In this document: positions 27,452 to 37,840 of the stretch, in pieces
How positions within the stretch are numbered: the stretch's first letter is position 1
How the letters are laid out: every line of letters starts with the position of its first letter
Source: Cyanobacteria bacterium J06626_4
GTDB lineage: Bacteria; Cyanobacteriota; Cyanobacteriia; Phormidesmidales; Phormidesmidaceae
Assembly (NCBI GenBank): GCA_038523235.1
Contig: JBCBJQ010000043.1
Span: 1 to 44,165 of the forward strand
Reading direction: 5' to 3'
DNA length: 44,165 nucleotides
Notes under the pieces: model-generated
What the model was told of the DNA's origin: nothing
What the model saw: only the letters and a program-made list of their open reading frames with translations
Databases searched by the model: none
Translations under genes and position numbers: made by a program

Positions 27452-28129
27452 GTGACTAATTCCCTGCCTCTCTCTTCGTCAGACAATCCTGCCCCACCGC
27501 CTTTTGGCCAGCAACTTAGGCGGATACAGCGAGATGTCTTGCGGATGGGCGCTTTGGTGGAATATTCCTGCCTGCTAGCTCGGCATGCGTTGTGCGATCG
27601 CAATTTAGAAGCGGCTCAGCAGCTCCAAACCCACGATAAGCAAGTTGATCAGTTTTATCGCCAAATTGAGGTGGATTGTGTGGAGTTGTTGAACCACCCG
27701 CCTCAAGGCATGCAAGACCTGCGGCACGTGAGTGCCTTTATGCAGCTGATCCGAGATTTAGAACGTATTGGTGACTATGCCAAAGACATTGGCGAGGTAG
27801 CGATGCGGCTGTTTCCCTATCCAGCGCATCCCACGTCAGACGAGATTCGGGTGATGATCGATCGCTGCCGCTCTATGGTGGCGCTGAGTTTGGTGGCGGT
27901 GTCTGACCTCAATGCCGATGTCGGGCTCGATATTAAAATCAAAGACGACGCGGTCGATGACGATTACGAGCGGCTGTATGACACGTTGGTGCATGCCGAG
28001 GGTATGCTCACCAATGTTGAGGTGACGGTATCGCTGGTGCTGGTGATTCGATACTTAGAGCGCATGGCCGATCATGCCACCAATGTGGGGCGTCGCATCG
28101 CCTATGTGGTGACCGGTGAACGTCGCTAA
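27452..28129 (+). CDS. phoU: Phosphate signalling protein PhoU
   Basis: Two PhoU repeats: IRDLERIGDYAKDI and RYLERMADHATNV. Confidence 0.95.
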   Translation: MTNSLPLSSSDNPAPPPFGQQLRRIQRDVLRMGALVEYSCLLARHALCDRNLEAAQQLQTHDKQVDQFYRQIEVDCVELLNHPPQGMQDLRHVSAFMQLIRDLERIGDYAKDIGEVAMRLFPYPAHPTSDEIRVMIDRCRSMVALSLVAVSDLNADVGLDIKIKDDAVDDDYERLYDTLVHAEGMLTNVEVTVSLVLVIRYLERMADHATNVGRRIAYVVTGERR

Positions 28130-28551
28130 AGCCCTGAGGAGACGGGGCGATCACGCGGCTCATCCCAGGTGTCCGTATTTTTTCAGATTACGGTATAGTT
28201 GTAACGGCTTAGGGGTAATTGGCTCTGTAGATTTGAGTCATCCACGGCTTAACCGGTTTCCTGCCATCGGGTTCCGCAAGTTCTTGCTAAGGCTGAGCAG
28301 GTTCTGAAAAGGCATCGGCGCTGGGGGTTGCATTAACCCCACGCAGGTATAGATGTGGCTTTTCCAGCAACCCAGTTTTAGGATGTGCTGTCACAGCGAA
28401 CTGAGTACCAGGGCGTAGTTACCAAATGCATTTCGGAACGGTTAACGGTGGTCCCTTGGCTAGTCAGCTCTCACCCTCTCTGCTCTGGCAAGATTGATGA
28501 GCTTTGGCTTGTTGTGTTGCTCATCTGCATCGGATAAGGATTACCCGCTTC

Positions 28552-30930
28552 ATGAATTTCTCGATCGCCTCACTGCTCGCCAACTTGACCGACGACAAGA
28601 CGCTGACGCTCAAAACGATTCAAAAGAAGCTCCATTGTGATACTGATGACAGCGTCCGAGAGCTGCAAATTGCCCTGGATGCCCTAGAGCGCATTGGCGT
28701 GCTCGCCAAAGAGAAAGGTAAATATCAGCGGGCCACCGAAGAAGGGGTGGTCGAAGGCAAGCTCCGCTGTTCCAGCAAAGGCTTTTGCTTTGCCATTCAA
28801 GATGATGAAGCCGCCGACGATATCTACATCCGCGAGAGCCAGTTGAACACCGCTTGGAATGGCGATCGCGTGCTGGTGCGCGTCACGAAAGATGGCAGTC
28901 GCCGCCGCAGCCCGGAAGGGGAAGTCAAGGTGATTTTGGAACGGGCCAACGCCTCGGTGCTCGCTCGCGTCAAACAGGAAAACGAAAAATATCAAGCCGT
29001 ACCGCTCGACGATCGCCTGCTGTTTGAGCTGAGCCTGCAGGGCGAAGCCGAGACTCTCTCCCAGGCGGTCGATCAGCTGGCTCATATTGAGGTGGTGCGC
29101 TATCCGCTCGCGCAAGAGCCACCCCGAGGCCGCGTTGCGCAAATTTTGGGCAGTGATGCTGAAGCCTCTTCTGACATCGACATCGTTTACTGCAAATACG
29201 ATTTACCGCGCAGTTTTTCTGACGAAGCGCTAGCGGCAGGACAATCTCTACCCAATCGCGTCCGCAAAGCCGATCTTAAAGGCCGTCTTGATCTGCGTGA
29301 GCAGCTGACAGTCACCGTCCACGGGACTAAATCCCAGGCCATTGATGATGCCTTTAGCGTCAGCAAAACCGACGATGGCAACTGGCAATTGGGCGTCCAC
29401 ATTGCCGATGTGGCCCACTACGTGCCCCTGTATTCGCACATCGATCGCGAAGCTCTCAAACGCGGCACGGCGGTTTATCTTGGCAAAGACATGATTCCGA
29501 TGTTGCCGCCGCCGTTATCCACGTCGCTGTGTTCCTTTAGTCAGGGCAAAGACCGGCTAGCGATTTCAGTCATCGTCACGCTCGATCCTGAGGGCAAAGT
29601 GCTGGAATTTGAAATTCAGCCCAGCGTGATTTCCGTCGATCACGCCCTCGATTACAAGCAGGCTCAAGGCATTTTGGCCCGTGATGACAAAGCGGCACTG
29701 GGTGAACTCGGGCTCAAACTCAAGGATCTGAAAAAGCTGGAACCGGCCTTTGCTACTGTCGAAAATCTCTTTACCTTGAGCCAGGGCATTCGGCAGCAGC
29801 GCATGGCGCGGGGCTCGTTTGAACTCAATCTGCCCGAGCATGAGTTTCCCGATGATGCGAAAGAACCCCTAGCCTCCTACGCTTCACCACGGTTTCAATA
29901 CGACGATGAAGGGCTGCTGGGCGTCATTGTCGTGTCGTCATCCCTGAAAGCTCGCATGATGGTGACCGAGTTCAGTTTGCTGGCAAATCAGCTTGTGGCC
30001 TCTCACCTAAAGGCCTTGAGCATCCCCGCCATCTATCGCTTACACCGCACGCCAACGATCTCTGATGTGCAGGAGTTGACGAAACTGGCGGAAAACATGG
30101 ACATCAATCTGGCCCTGGCGGAAGATGAAACCATTGAACCGATGGATTATCAGCGCTTTACCAAGCAGTTTGCCGAATCCCCGTCAGAAAAGATTCTCAC
30201 CTATCTGCTGCTATCAACGTTTAAGCCTGCGTTTTATGGCACCCATGCCGACTTGCATTTTGGCCTCGCCCTGACAGAGGGCTACACCCACTTTGCGTCG
30301 CCCACCCGCCGCTACCCCGATCTGATGATTCAACGGGTGCTGCATGCGCTGTTTGACGATGGCCGCGATCGCCGCTCGACGCGCTCTAAAGATCGGGTCA
30401 ACCTACGCCACAGTAGCTGTCATGGCAACGTCAATTGGAACGTGTTGCCGCCCGACATCAACAACGAGCTAGAAGACTACATCAAGCGCATTGTGGGGCC
30501 ATTGAGTGAGCGTGAACAGTTGGCCCAAGATGCTGAGACTGATCTAGAAGGGCTCAAAAAAGCCGAGTTTATGCGAGACCACACCGGTTCGGATTTTCAC
30601 GGCTTAATTACCGGCGTGCAGTCCTACGGCTTTTTTGTTGAAATCGAAGAGTTGCTGGTCGAAGGGCTGGTGCATGTCAGCTCGCTCAAAGATGACTGGT
30701 ATGAATATCGATCGCGGCAACAAAAGCTGGTCGGACGTAAGAACCGCCGTCAGTTCCGCCTAGGCGATCAGGTTGAGGTGCAGGTCAAGAGCGTTGATTA
30801 CTATCGTCAGCAGATTGATTTGGTGGTCGTCGGCGGCGGCAGTGAGGCCAGCGAAGACGATATGAACGACGATGACGATGTGAACGGCAACGGCAACGGC
30901 GAAGAGCGACCCAACGACGAGTCCGAATAA
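28552..30930 (+). CDS. RNase II/R-family protein, cyanobacterial Zam-like
   Basis: N-terminus MNFSIASLL, cold-shock domain (KGFCFA; AWNGDRV), RNB domain (HIADV, HFASPTRRYPD), C-terminal S1 (EGLVHVSSL), acidic tail. Confidence 0.9.
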   Translation: MNFSIASLLANLTDDKTLTLKTIQKKLHCDTDDSVRELQIALDALERIGVLAKEKGKYQRATEEGVVEGKLRCSSKGFCFAIQDDEAADDIYIRESQLNTAWNGDRVLVRVTKDGSRRRSPEGEVKVILERANASVLARVKQENEKYQAVPLDDRLLFELSLQGEAETLSQAVDQLAHIEVVRYPLAQEPPRGRVAQILGSDAEASSDIDIVYCKYDLPRSFSDEALAAGQSLPNRVRKADLKGRLDLREQLTVTVHGTKSQAIDDAFSVSKTDDGNWQLGVHIADVAHYVPLYSHIDREALKRGTAVYLGKDMIPMLPPPLSTSLCSFSQGKDRLAISVIVTLDPEGKVLEFEIQPSVISVDHALDYKQAQGILARDDKAALGELGLKLKDLKKLEPAFATVENLFTLSQGIRQQRMARGSFELNLPEHEFPDDAKEPLASYASPRFQYDDEGLLGVIVVSSSLKARMMVTEFSLLANQLVASHLKALSIPAIYRLHRTPTISDVQELTKLAENMDINLALAEDETIEPMDYQRFTKQFAESPSEKILTYLLLSTFKPAFYGTHADLHFGLALTEGYTHFASPTRRYPDLMIQRVLHALFDDGRDRRSTRSKDRVNLRHSSCHGNVNWNVLPPDINNELEDYIKRIVGPLSEREQLAQDAETDLEGLKKAEFMRDHTGSDFHGLITGVQSYGFFVEIEELLVEGLVHVSSLKDDWYEYRSRQQKLVGRKNRRQFRLGDQVEVQVKSVDYYRQQIDLVVVGGGSEASEDDMNDDDDVNGNGNGEERPNDESE

Positions 30931-30947
30931 ACCGCTGGGGCGGCTTC

Positions 30948-31169
30948 AGTCCATAGTGAAGGGAGTTGCTTAAAATAGCCTCCCCGCTCGCAGGGGTTGG
31001 GCACTGCCCCAACCCTTACCGGAAATTGTCGTCCCGAGGATATTTCTAAGTGCAGATCCCTAAGCTCAATTCAGCGCTTTGTAGAGGTGCTCAGCGGACA
31101 AGTCCATATTGTCGCTAAGGGAGTTGCTTAAAAATGACCTCCCCAATTGCAATCCCTAAGTTCGGCGCT
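30948..31169 (+). repeat. Imperfect direct duplication of a hairpin-containing segment; copy 1 carries a REP-like insert
   Basis: AGTCCATA..AAGGGAGTTGCTTAAAA..CCTCCCC..TGCA..ATCCCTAAG..GCGCT at 30948-31078 and 31101-31169. REP-like GCAGGGGTTGGGCACTGCCCCAACCCTTAC at 30990-31019. Confidence 0.7.
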
Positions 31170-31201
31170 CAGTTTTGCAACTTGAAGATCGGAAACGAGT
31201 A

Positions 31202-31537
31202 ATGCTGAATTTATTGGTAATACGATCCAAAGATATCGAGCAATCCAGGCAGTTCTACGAGCTGCTAGGACTCAATTTCGAACCCCATCAGCATGGTCAG
31301 GACGCACCACATTTTGCCGCGGAGCAAAATGGCTTTGTGTTTGAGATTTATCCGTGTAGGGGCAAAGATACCACGGCTACCCGGTTTGGGTTTGGGGTTA
31401 ACCACCTTGAGGCAACTTTTGACAGCCTGATTGCAGCGGGAGCTCAAGTAGTCAGCGCCCCTCAAGACTCTCCCTGGGGTAAGCGGGCAGTTATAAAGGC
31501 CCCGGATGGTCACATGGTTGAGCTGATGGCGCAATGA
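31202..31537 (+). CDS. VOC/glyoxalase-family protein
   Basis: LVIRSKDIEQSRQFYELLG, FEIYP, FGV, SPWGKRAVIKAPDGHMVEL. Stop overlaps the ubiX start (ATGA). Confidence 0.85.
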   Translation: MLNLLVIRSKDIEQSRQFYELLGLNFEPHQHGQDAPHFAAEQNGFVFEIYPCRGKDTTATRFGFGVNHLEATFDSLIAAGAQVVSAPQDSPWGKRAVIKAPDGHMVELMAQ

Positions 31538-32154
31538 ACACATTACCCATTACGCTGGGCATCACGGGCGCTTCGGGCTTGATCTACGCCGTCAGAGCAG
31601 TGAAATATCTGTTGGAAGCTGAGATTCCCATCGAGCTAGTGGCCACTAAAGCCACCTACCAGGTGTGGAAAGCAGAACAGGATATACAAATGCCGGGGGA
31701 GGTCGAAGCTCAGGCTAAGTTTTGGCGAGAGCAAGCTGGGGTGCCCCAGCAAGGAACGCTGCGCTGTCACCCCTGGAGCGATGTAGGGGCCAATATCGCC
31801 AGCGGTTCGTTTAAGACTCAGGGCATGGTGATTATGCCTTGCAGCATGAGTACTGTCGGCAAACTAGCGGCTGGCTTGAGTTCTGACCTGTTAGAGCGAG
31901 CCGCAGATGTGCAGCTCAAGGAAGGTAAACCCCTCGTCTTAGTGCCTCGGGAAACGCCGCTGAGCGTTATCCACCTACGTAATTTGGTGATATTGGCGGA
32001 GGCCGGAGCCCGCATCGTGCCAGCAATTCCAGCTTGGTATCATCAACCCCAAACCATTTTGGATTTGGTCGATTTTGTGGTGGCGCGGGCGCTAGACCAG
32101 CTAGATCTGGACTGTGTGCCCCTCAATCGCTGGGAGGGGCCGCAAAACGGCTAG
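31534..32154 (+). CDS. ubiX: Flavin prenyltransferase
   Basis: GITGASG, IASGSF, PCSMST, RAADVQLKE, LVPRETP. Confidence 0.95.
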   Translation: MNTLPITLGITGASGLIYAVRAVKYLLEAEIPIELVATKATYQVWKAEQDIQMPGEVEAQAKFWREQAGVPQQGTLRCHPWSDVGANIASGSFKTQGMVIMPCSMSTVGKLAAGLSSDLLERAADVQLKEGKPLVLVPRETPLSVIHLRNLVILAEAGARIVPAIPAWYHQPQTILDLVDFVVARALDQLDLDCVPLNRWEGPQNG

Positions 32155-32176
32155 AAGCCATTCACTTTAACCACAC

Positions 32177-34162
32177 TCAATCTGACGACAGATAGGTGTA
32201 ATGGTTAAGGCTGTGCTCGTAGTGCTGCAACAGCAGCTGCGCTTCTTCGATGGTAATGGTGCCGTCTTGCAAAGCGTGCTCAGAGCGGCGACGAATGTTT
32301 TCGATCAGATCGTCGGAGTCGTATTGCACATAGCTCAACACCTCAGTCATGGTGTCGCCTTTAACCACATGCTCAATGTGATAGCCCTTCGGCGTCATGT
32401 GAATGTGGACGGTATTGGTGTCGCCAAAGAGGTTGTGCAGGTTGCCCATGATTTCTTGGTAGGCTCCTCCCAAAAACAGACCCAAATAATAGGGTTCATG
32501 CTCAGTAACCGGATGCAGCTCCAGGACGGGTTTGACATCTCGCAGATCGATGAACTGATCAATTTTGCCGTCGCTGTCACAGGTGAGATCGGCCAAGGTG
32601 CCACGATTGACGGGCTCTTCATCGAGCCGGTGGATCGGCATGATCGGAAACAGCTGATCGATCGCCCAAGCATCGGGCATCGATTGAAACACCGACAGAT
32701 TGATGTAGTAGATGGACGCCAGATTTCTGTCGAGGTCTTCTAAATCATCGGGCACATAGTCTTCGTGACGCACCAGATCTAAAATGCGGCGGCAGCAGGC
32801 CCAGTAAAGCCGTTCAATTTTTGCCCGTTCGGTCAGGCTCACATAGCCAAAGTTAAACAGACTAATGGCTTCGTCTTTGAATTGAACCGCATCGTGATAG
32901 GCCTCCTGATAGTTCTTCAGGTGCACAGAGTCGTAGGTGTCGTAGAGTTCGCGCAGGAGGGCATGGTCATCTTCCTTGGGCGGCTCGATCGCGGCCAATC
33001 CAGGCTTATCGCTGGTGCCCAACACATCAAAGACCAAAATGGACTGGTGCGAGGCGATCGCCCGACCGCTTTCGCTAATCAGGGTCGGCACCGGTAGATT
33101 GCGAGCGGAACAAGCCTCCTGCACCTCGGCCACCACATCGTTGGCATAGTTTTGAATGCTGTAGTTTTTGGACGCGTAGAAGTTGGTTTTAGAGCCGTCA
33201 TAGTCGATACCCAAGCCGCCACCGACATCGAGAAAGCCCATTTTGGCTCCCAATGCGGACAGTTCGACATAAATTTGGCACGCTTCCCGCAGGGCATCTT
33301 TGATGACGCTAATTGCCGATATCTGCGACCCAATGTGAAAGTGCAATAGCTGCAGGCAATCGAGCATGTCAGCCTGTTTTAATTGCTCGACCGCACTCAG
33401 CAGCTCAGGAATCGCCAGGCCAAATTTGGCGCGATCGCCCGCTGAGCCCCCCCAACGGCCTACGCCTTTGCTGCTCAATTTGGCACGCACCCCCAAAATG
33501 GGTCGAATGTTGAGGCGCTGACTCGCCTCAATGACCAACTCCACTTCGTCGGGCTGCTCCAACACAATAATGGGGGTTTGGCCCAATCGCTGACTGAGCA
33601 TGGCCGTTTCGATATATTCGCGATCCTTATAGCCGTTGCAGATCAGTAAAGCATCGGGACTGTCCAAGGTGGCAAGGGCAATCAACAACTCCGGTTTAGA
33701 GCCCGCCTCCAGGCCAAACTGATGGGGCCGACCAAACCGCACCAAATCTTCGACCAAATGCCGCTGCTGATTGCACTTAACCGGAAACACGCCGCGATAG
33801 ACACCGTTGTAGCTGTAGCGGGCGATTGCCTTGGCAAAACAGGCATTCAGCTGCTCAATCCGGTCTTCCAAAATGTCAGAAAAGCGAATCAGGATAGGCA
33901 GATCCAAATTGCGCTTTTTGAGCGACTCCACCAGGTGATAGAGGTCGAGAGAACCACCGCGATCGCCCTTGGGCGATACCGTGATGTGACCCGCCGCATT
34001 GATCGAAAAATAGGGCTCACCCCACCCTTTGATGCGATAAAGCTCTTCACTCTTTTCAATGGTCCAGTGGGGCGAGGGGGTAGCAGCAACTGCCTGGTCT
34101 GACGTCACCTGCGATCGCAGCGCCTGCAGCACCTGTTCTCTCGACTGCCGGGTCGTTTCCAT
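32177..34162 (-). CDS. speA: Biosynthetic arginine decarboxylase
   Basis: WGEPYF, PLP lysine FPVKCNQ, GLEAGSKPE, HFHIGSQI, DVGGGLG, ESGRA, TCDSDG, GAYQEIMGNLHNLFG. Purine-rich RBS before ATG 34162. Confidence 0.96.
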   Translation of the reverse strand: METTRQSREQVLQALRSQVTSDQAVAATPSPHWTIEKSEELYRIKGWGEPYFSINAAGHITVSPKGDRGGSLDLYHLVESLKKRNLDLPILIRFSDILEDRIEQLNACFAKAIARYSYNGVYRGVFPVKCNQQRHLVEDLVRFGRPHQFGLEAGSKPELLIALATLDSPDALLICNGYKDREYIETAMLSQRLGQTPIIVLEQPDEVELVIEASQRLNIRPILGVRAKLSSKGVGRWGGSAGDRAKFGLAIPELLSAVEQLKQADMLDCLQLLHFHIGSQISAISVIKDALREACQIYVELSALGAKMGFLDVGGGLGIDYDGSKTNFYASKNYSIQNYANDVVAEVQEACSARNLPVPTLISESGRAIASHQSILVFDVLGTSDKPGLAAIEPPKEDDHALLRELYDTYDSVHLKNYQEAYHDAVQFKDEAISLFNFGYVSLTERAKIERLYWACCRRILDLVRHEDYVPDDLEDLDRNLASIYYINLSVFQSMPDAWAIDQLFPIMPIHRLDEEPVNRGTLADLTCDSDGKIDQFIDLRDVKPVLELHPVTEHEPYYLGLFLGGAYQEIMGNLHNLFGDTNTVHIHMTPKGYHIEHVVKGDTMTEVLSYVQYDSDDLIENIRRRSEHALQDGTITIEEAQLLLQHYEHSLNHYTYLSSD

Positions 34163-34515
34163 ACTGCTCGTCCTTCCCTTCGATACTGAATTGTTGGCGA
34201 TAGACAGGCAAAGTATGCCCCCATCCACCATCCCGTTTAGGGTAGCAGGGGTTTTCCCGATTTCACGCGAGAAATTACCCCCACGGACTCGGCAGTGGTC
34301 TGAAAAAAGCACCTTCGTCAAGACCGACAGGACTCGAAACTGCCGTCTAAGCCGGATTTGAGGGAAATCGCGTCTGCTCGCGTCTACACCATCAGGCCGT
34401 TGTTGCTGAGTTGAACCCCACGACCTTTCTTACCTCTCTTTCTTTGTAGATTGAGCTGTTCCCGAACGCTCTGGAGACGGCTTTTTGAGCACTTTTCGAG
34501 ACACTTCCTGGTGGC

Positions 34516-35550
34516 TTAGGCCAATGCCTCACACCAGTCTAAAATACGGTTCCAAGCCCACCAAGGGTCGGGGTCGCCCGCGATCTCCTGACCTTCGGCG
34601 CTGCTGATATAGCCGACATGACCGCCGTGAGGCGTCAGCACTAAATCAATTGCCGTATTACCGGCACAAGCAGTGCGCAGGTCAGCTACCAAAGTCGGAT
34701 CAAACAGCGGATCATCAGCCGCATAAAGAATCTGCGTCGGCTTGCTCAGATGAGGCAAGAGCGGCAGGGGGCTGCTTGCTGAGTAGTAGTCTTCGACGGA
34801 CTCAAAGCCCAATCGGCCAATCACCAGCTCTTGGTCAAAGCCCCAAATACTGTCGGCGCGGGCAATCGCGTCAGGATCAAACTGGCCGGGGTGATCTTGG
34901 TGCAGTTTCCAGGCCAACTTGTTGAGCTGCTGAGCGATCGCCTTTTCAATGTATTGGCCAAGGGGGTGCGCAGTCAGATAGCGCAGCGATCTCTGTGAAT
35001 CCAAACTCGGACAAATGACCGCACCCCCGCGAATGTCTTCACTGGCAATGTCAGCATCTGTAATGGTTTGGGCAGCTTTAACACCCCACAGCGCCAGTTG
35101 TCCCCCCAGCGAATAGCCCGTAAACCAAAACGGTGCCGGACAGCCCAATGCCTTTGACTGAGCGGCAATCTGCACAAAGTCTTCGCCTTCATACAGCCCA
35201 TCCGAGGTGAGCGTCGGTGACAGCACCGCCGTTTTGCCATGGGCACGCCAGTCAAACAGTACGACGCCGTAGCCTTGAGCAAAGGCTTTGCGGCCTAAAA
35301 TCTGCAGAAACCACTGATTGTCTAAATCGCCTGTGATGCCATAGGTGCCGATGATCGTCCCTTTAGCCTGAGGAGGGATCGCGACCAAACCGTAAATGGG
35401 CACATCTCCCGCACCAGCAAACACATGACTGCGATACTCCGGTTCAGGATCAGGGGTCTGATTTTGCCAAAGCTGACTGGCCACTTTGGCCGTATACACC
35501 GTCATTGCCAAACCGGATGCCAGGTACCAAGGGGGTAGAAAGGGGGGCAT
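34516..35550 (-). CDS. YheT-family alpha/beta hydrolase
   Basis: GYSLGG nucleophile elbow, ADDP, GGHVGY. Confidence 0.85.
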   Translation of the reverse strand: MPPFLPPWYLASGLAMTVYTAKVASQLWQNQTPDPEPEYRSHVFAGAGDVPIYGLVAIPPQAKGTIIGTYGITGDLDNQWFLQILGRKAFAQGYGVVLFDWRAHGKTAVLSPTLTSDGLYEGEDFVQIAAQSKALGCPAPFWFTGYSLGGQLALWGVKAAQTITDADIASEDIRGGAVICPSLDSQRSLRYLTAHPLGQYIEKAIAQQLNKLAWKLHQDHPGQFDPDAIARADSIWGFDQELVIGRLGFESVEDYYSASSPLPLLPHLSKPTQILYAADDPLFDPTLVADLRTACAGNTAIDLVLTPHGGHVGYISSAEGQEIAGDPDPWWAWNRILDWCEALA

Positions 35551-35696
35551 GTTTAGCTCAAATGAGGATAGGTTCGTTGTTAGTCTCGCATAGCCTTGCT
35601 ATTTACCCAGGGCAATCATTCGGCTTGCGGCTGTAAAGTACCCACACCAGGTTGATCGCGCAAACCAGTTCATGAGCCAGTCTGTCAGCGATCGCG

Positions 35697-35942
35697 TTAA
35701 CGATTGCTATCAAGGTCTAGAGATTGGTAACTGTCAGCCAGCTGGTACCAGAGTTTTTTAAGCTTTTGATAGGCGTCATCGGGCGTAATTTTGCCACCGG
35801 TTTCTAAACCGCAGACCGTATTGACGCGGAAGGAAAATTCTTGCAGATTGGCGTTAAACGCTAGATTCTGCGGCGAAAAATGGCCATAGTAACGGCTGCG
35901 AGGCGCTAGAAATTCGTTGTTGTGAGGATCTTGAGCGGGCAT
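35697..35942 (-). CDS. Conserved cyanobacterial small protein of unknown function
   Basis: FLxPRSRYYG..PQNLAFNANLQEF..CGLETGGKI pattern, recognised as a widespread cyanobacterial family. AGGT RBS. Confidence 0.8.
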   Translation of the reverse strand: MPAQDPHNNEFLAPRSRYYGHFSPQNLAFNANLQEFSFRVNTVCGLETGGKITPDDAYQKLKKLWYQLADSYQSLDLDSNR

Positions 35943-36130
35943 AACACACCTACTGATATCAATACTTTGAGTTAAAAATGAGATACAAAAATGTTCCGGG
36001 CGTTTTCGGACAATTTGGAATGGTCTAGACTAATCATTCTAAACCCGGTGCCTTAATGTTGTGTTAACCCAGGAAATAACTTCATTACTCCCTGTCTAGT
36101 TAGCCCAGTTGATAAAGGAGATACCGGTTA

Positions 36131-36559
36131 ATGACGCGATCGCTCACGCTCACCGCCATCGCCCTTGTGCAAGGATTCATCAGTGTCATGTCGTTGGTGT
36201 CTGGCATCTGCTTGGTGTTGCTGATGACGGGGGCCGCACAGCTCTTTTCTCGAGATCTAACCGGACTGTCTTTGCCGCTGAAAGGACTCATCGTACTGGG
36301 GCTGGCCATTAGTCTCTTGGGACTAGTTGTGACTGTGGGCCTATGGCGTCGGCAACGGTGGGGCTGGGTGGGGTCGCTGATCTTTCAAAGCTTGTGCATT
36401 GCTAACAATGGCTTAGCATTGCTGGCAGGTCAGTCGATGACGCTGGGGGTCGGGGTGGCGATCGCGGTTTGCCTCACCCTGATTGTCGTTCTATGCCTAC
36501 CGACTATTCGCGCTGCCTTTACAACCGAGTCGACTGAGGTCGATGCCATTACTGGTTGA
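36131..36559 (+). CDS. Hypothetical membrane protein (about 4 TM)
   Basis: AAGGAG RBS, four hydrophobic segments, GLWRRQRWGW motif. Confidence 0.75.
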   Translation: MTRSLTLTAIALVQGFISVMSLVSGICLVLLMTGAAQLFSRDLTGLSLPLKGLIVLGLAISLLGLVVTVGLWRRQRWGWVGSLIFQSLCIANNGLALLAGQSMTLGVGVAIAVCLTLIVVLCLPTIRAAFTTESTEVDAITG

Positions 36560-36801
36560 ACTGACATCGCAATGTCGGCAAACCGCTGAACTGCATCGCG
36601 GGACCTATCGCCAGCTGCCCTTTGAATAAAGGATTGGGGATGGCTGAACGGTTTATCTGACCAGCCGTTAATTTCCACTTCCGAACGCTGCATGCCGACT
36701 TCTAACCACTTGTAAATGCCTTCAAAGGGGAACATGTGTGGTTCAACGAACAGAATATCTGCAGACATCGCTAGACATTGCAGCTTTGGCTCTGTCGGAG
36801 G

Positions 36802-37533
36802 TTAGGGACTAGCCGATTCAATAGAATCGGCCACGACGGCAGTTTCTAGCTTTTTCGTTTTGTTCAAGGGATCCATCCAGCGCTCTAGCAAAATGAATGC
36901 CTGAGACGACAGCGTGTTGAGTACCAGATACACCAAAGCCACCGTAATGTAAATTTCGAACGCTCGATAGTTTTGCGCCACGATGAGCTGGCCGCGGCGA
37001 AAGAGCTCTTCATAGCCAATAACTGCAACCAGACTCGTATCTTTAAGCAGGGTAATAAACTCATTGCCCAAAGGTGGAATCATGCGCCGAAAGGCTTGCG
37101 GAAAGACAATGTAGCGCATGGTTTGAATCGGACTCAGCCCCAAAGATTCCGACGCTTCGCGCTGGCCCATCTCGATCGACTGAATCCCCCCTCGGACAAT
37201 TTCAGCCAAATAAGCGGATGAGTTAAGGCTGAGAGCCAGAATCGCCGCAAAAAATCGATTAAACGTAAAGCTGGTGCCGATGCTGTTGGCAAAGGCCGGA
37301 ATGCCAAAGTAGATCATAAAGATCTGTACAAGCAGCGGCGTCCCGCGAAAAAAGTCGATGTAGACCCGACTCGCAATCTTTAACGGTGTGACATGCGATA
37401 GGCGAGCGATGCCCAGCAGCGTGCCCCCAATCAGACCAAAAATGACGGAAACCGCTGTGAGCTGCAGCGTCGTAATGGCTCCAACCAGCAGCGTGGGCAA
37501 AGCATCTAGGGAATATTCTAAAAATTCAGCCAC
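36802..37533 (-). CDS. Polar amino-acid ABC transporter permease (HisM/GlnP type)
   Basis: FRGTPLLVQ, SAYLAEIVRGGIQS, EAA-like loop GQREASESLG, PQAFR, LLKDTSL. GAGGAG RBS before GTG 37533. Confidence 0.92.
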   Translation of the reverse strand: MAEFLEYSLDALPTLLVGAITTLQLTAVSVIFGLIGGTLLGIARLSHVTPLKIASRVYIDFFRGTPLLVQIFMIYFGIPAFANSIGTSFTFNRFFAAILALSLNSSAYLAEIVRGGIQSIEMGQREASESLGLSPIQTMRYIVFPQAFRRMIPPLGNEFITLLKDTSLVAVIGYEELFRRGQLIVAQNYRAFEIYITVALVYLVLNTLSSQAFILLERWMDPLNKTKKLETAVVADSIESASP

Positions 37534-37840
37534 CGCGATCGTACTCCTCACACAAACACGCAAATATTGTTCGCCATGGTATCAGCGTTGAGGGGCTCAA
37601 GCCGTTCGGCCTGCACTTCTTAAGCTAGAGATGGGCAGTCTAAAGGGCAGCTTAGTGATTCAGTAGGTGACGCTGAGATCAAATCCCTGGGATTGAGAGG
37701 CCGGTCTAGGCAATGGGGCTCTCTGTCTTAGCTGAACTGGCCCGTTCGACATCCACTGCTACGGTGATCCGAAATTGACGTTTGGGTCATTGCTTAAGAA
37801 GATTTAACTACCGACGCGTCTTAATTGGTTTGGAGCCATC

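Noticed and set aside
34163..34515. Riboswitch or leader peptide upstream of speA
   Set aside because: No recognisable aptamer, and only a 9-codon GTG ORF without support.
37793..37810. HLR1 box upstream of hli (CTTAAGAA-GA-TTTAACTA)
   Set aside because: About five mismatches to consensus; plausible location but too weak to call.
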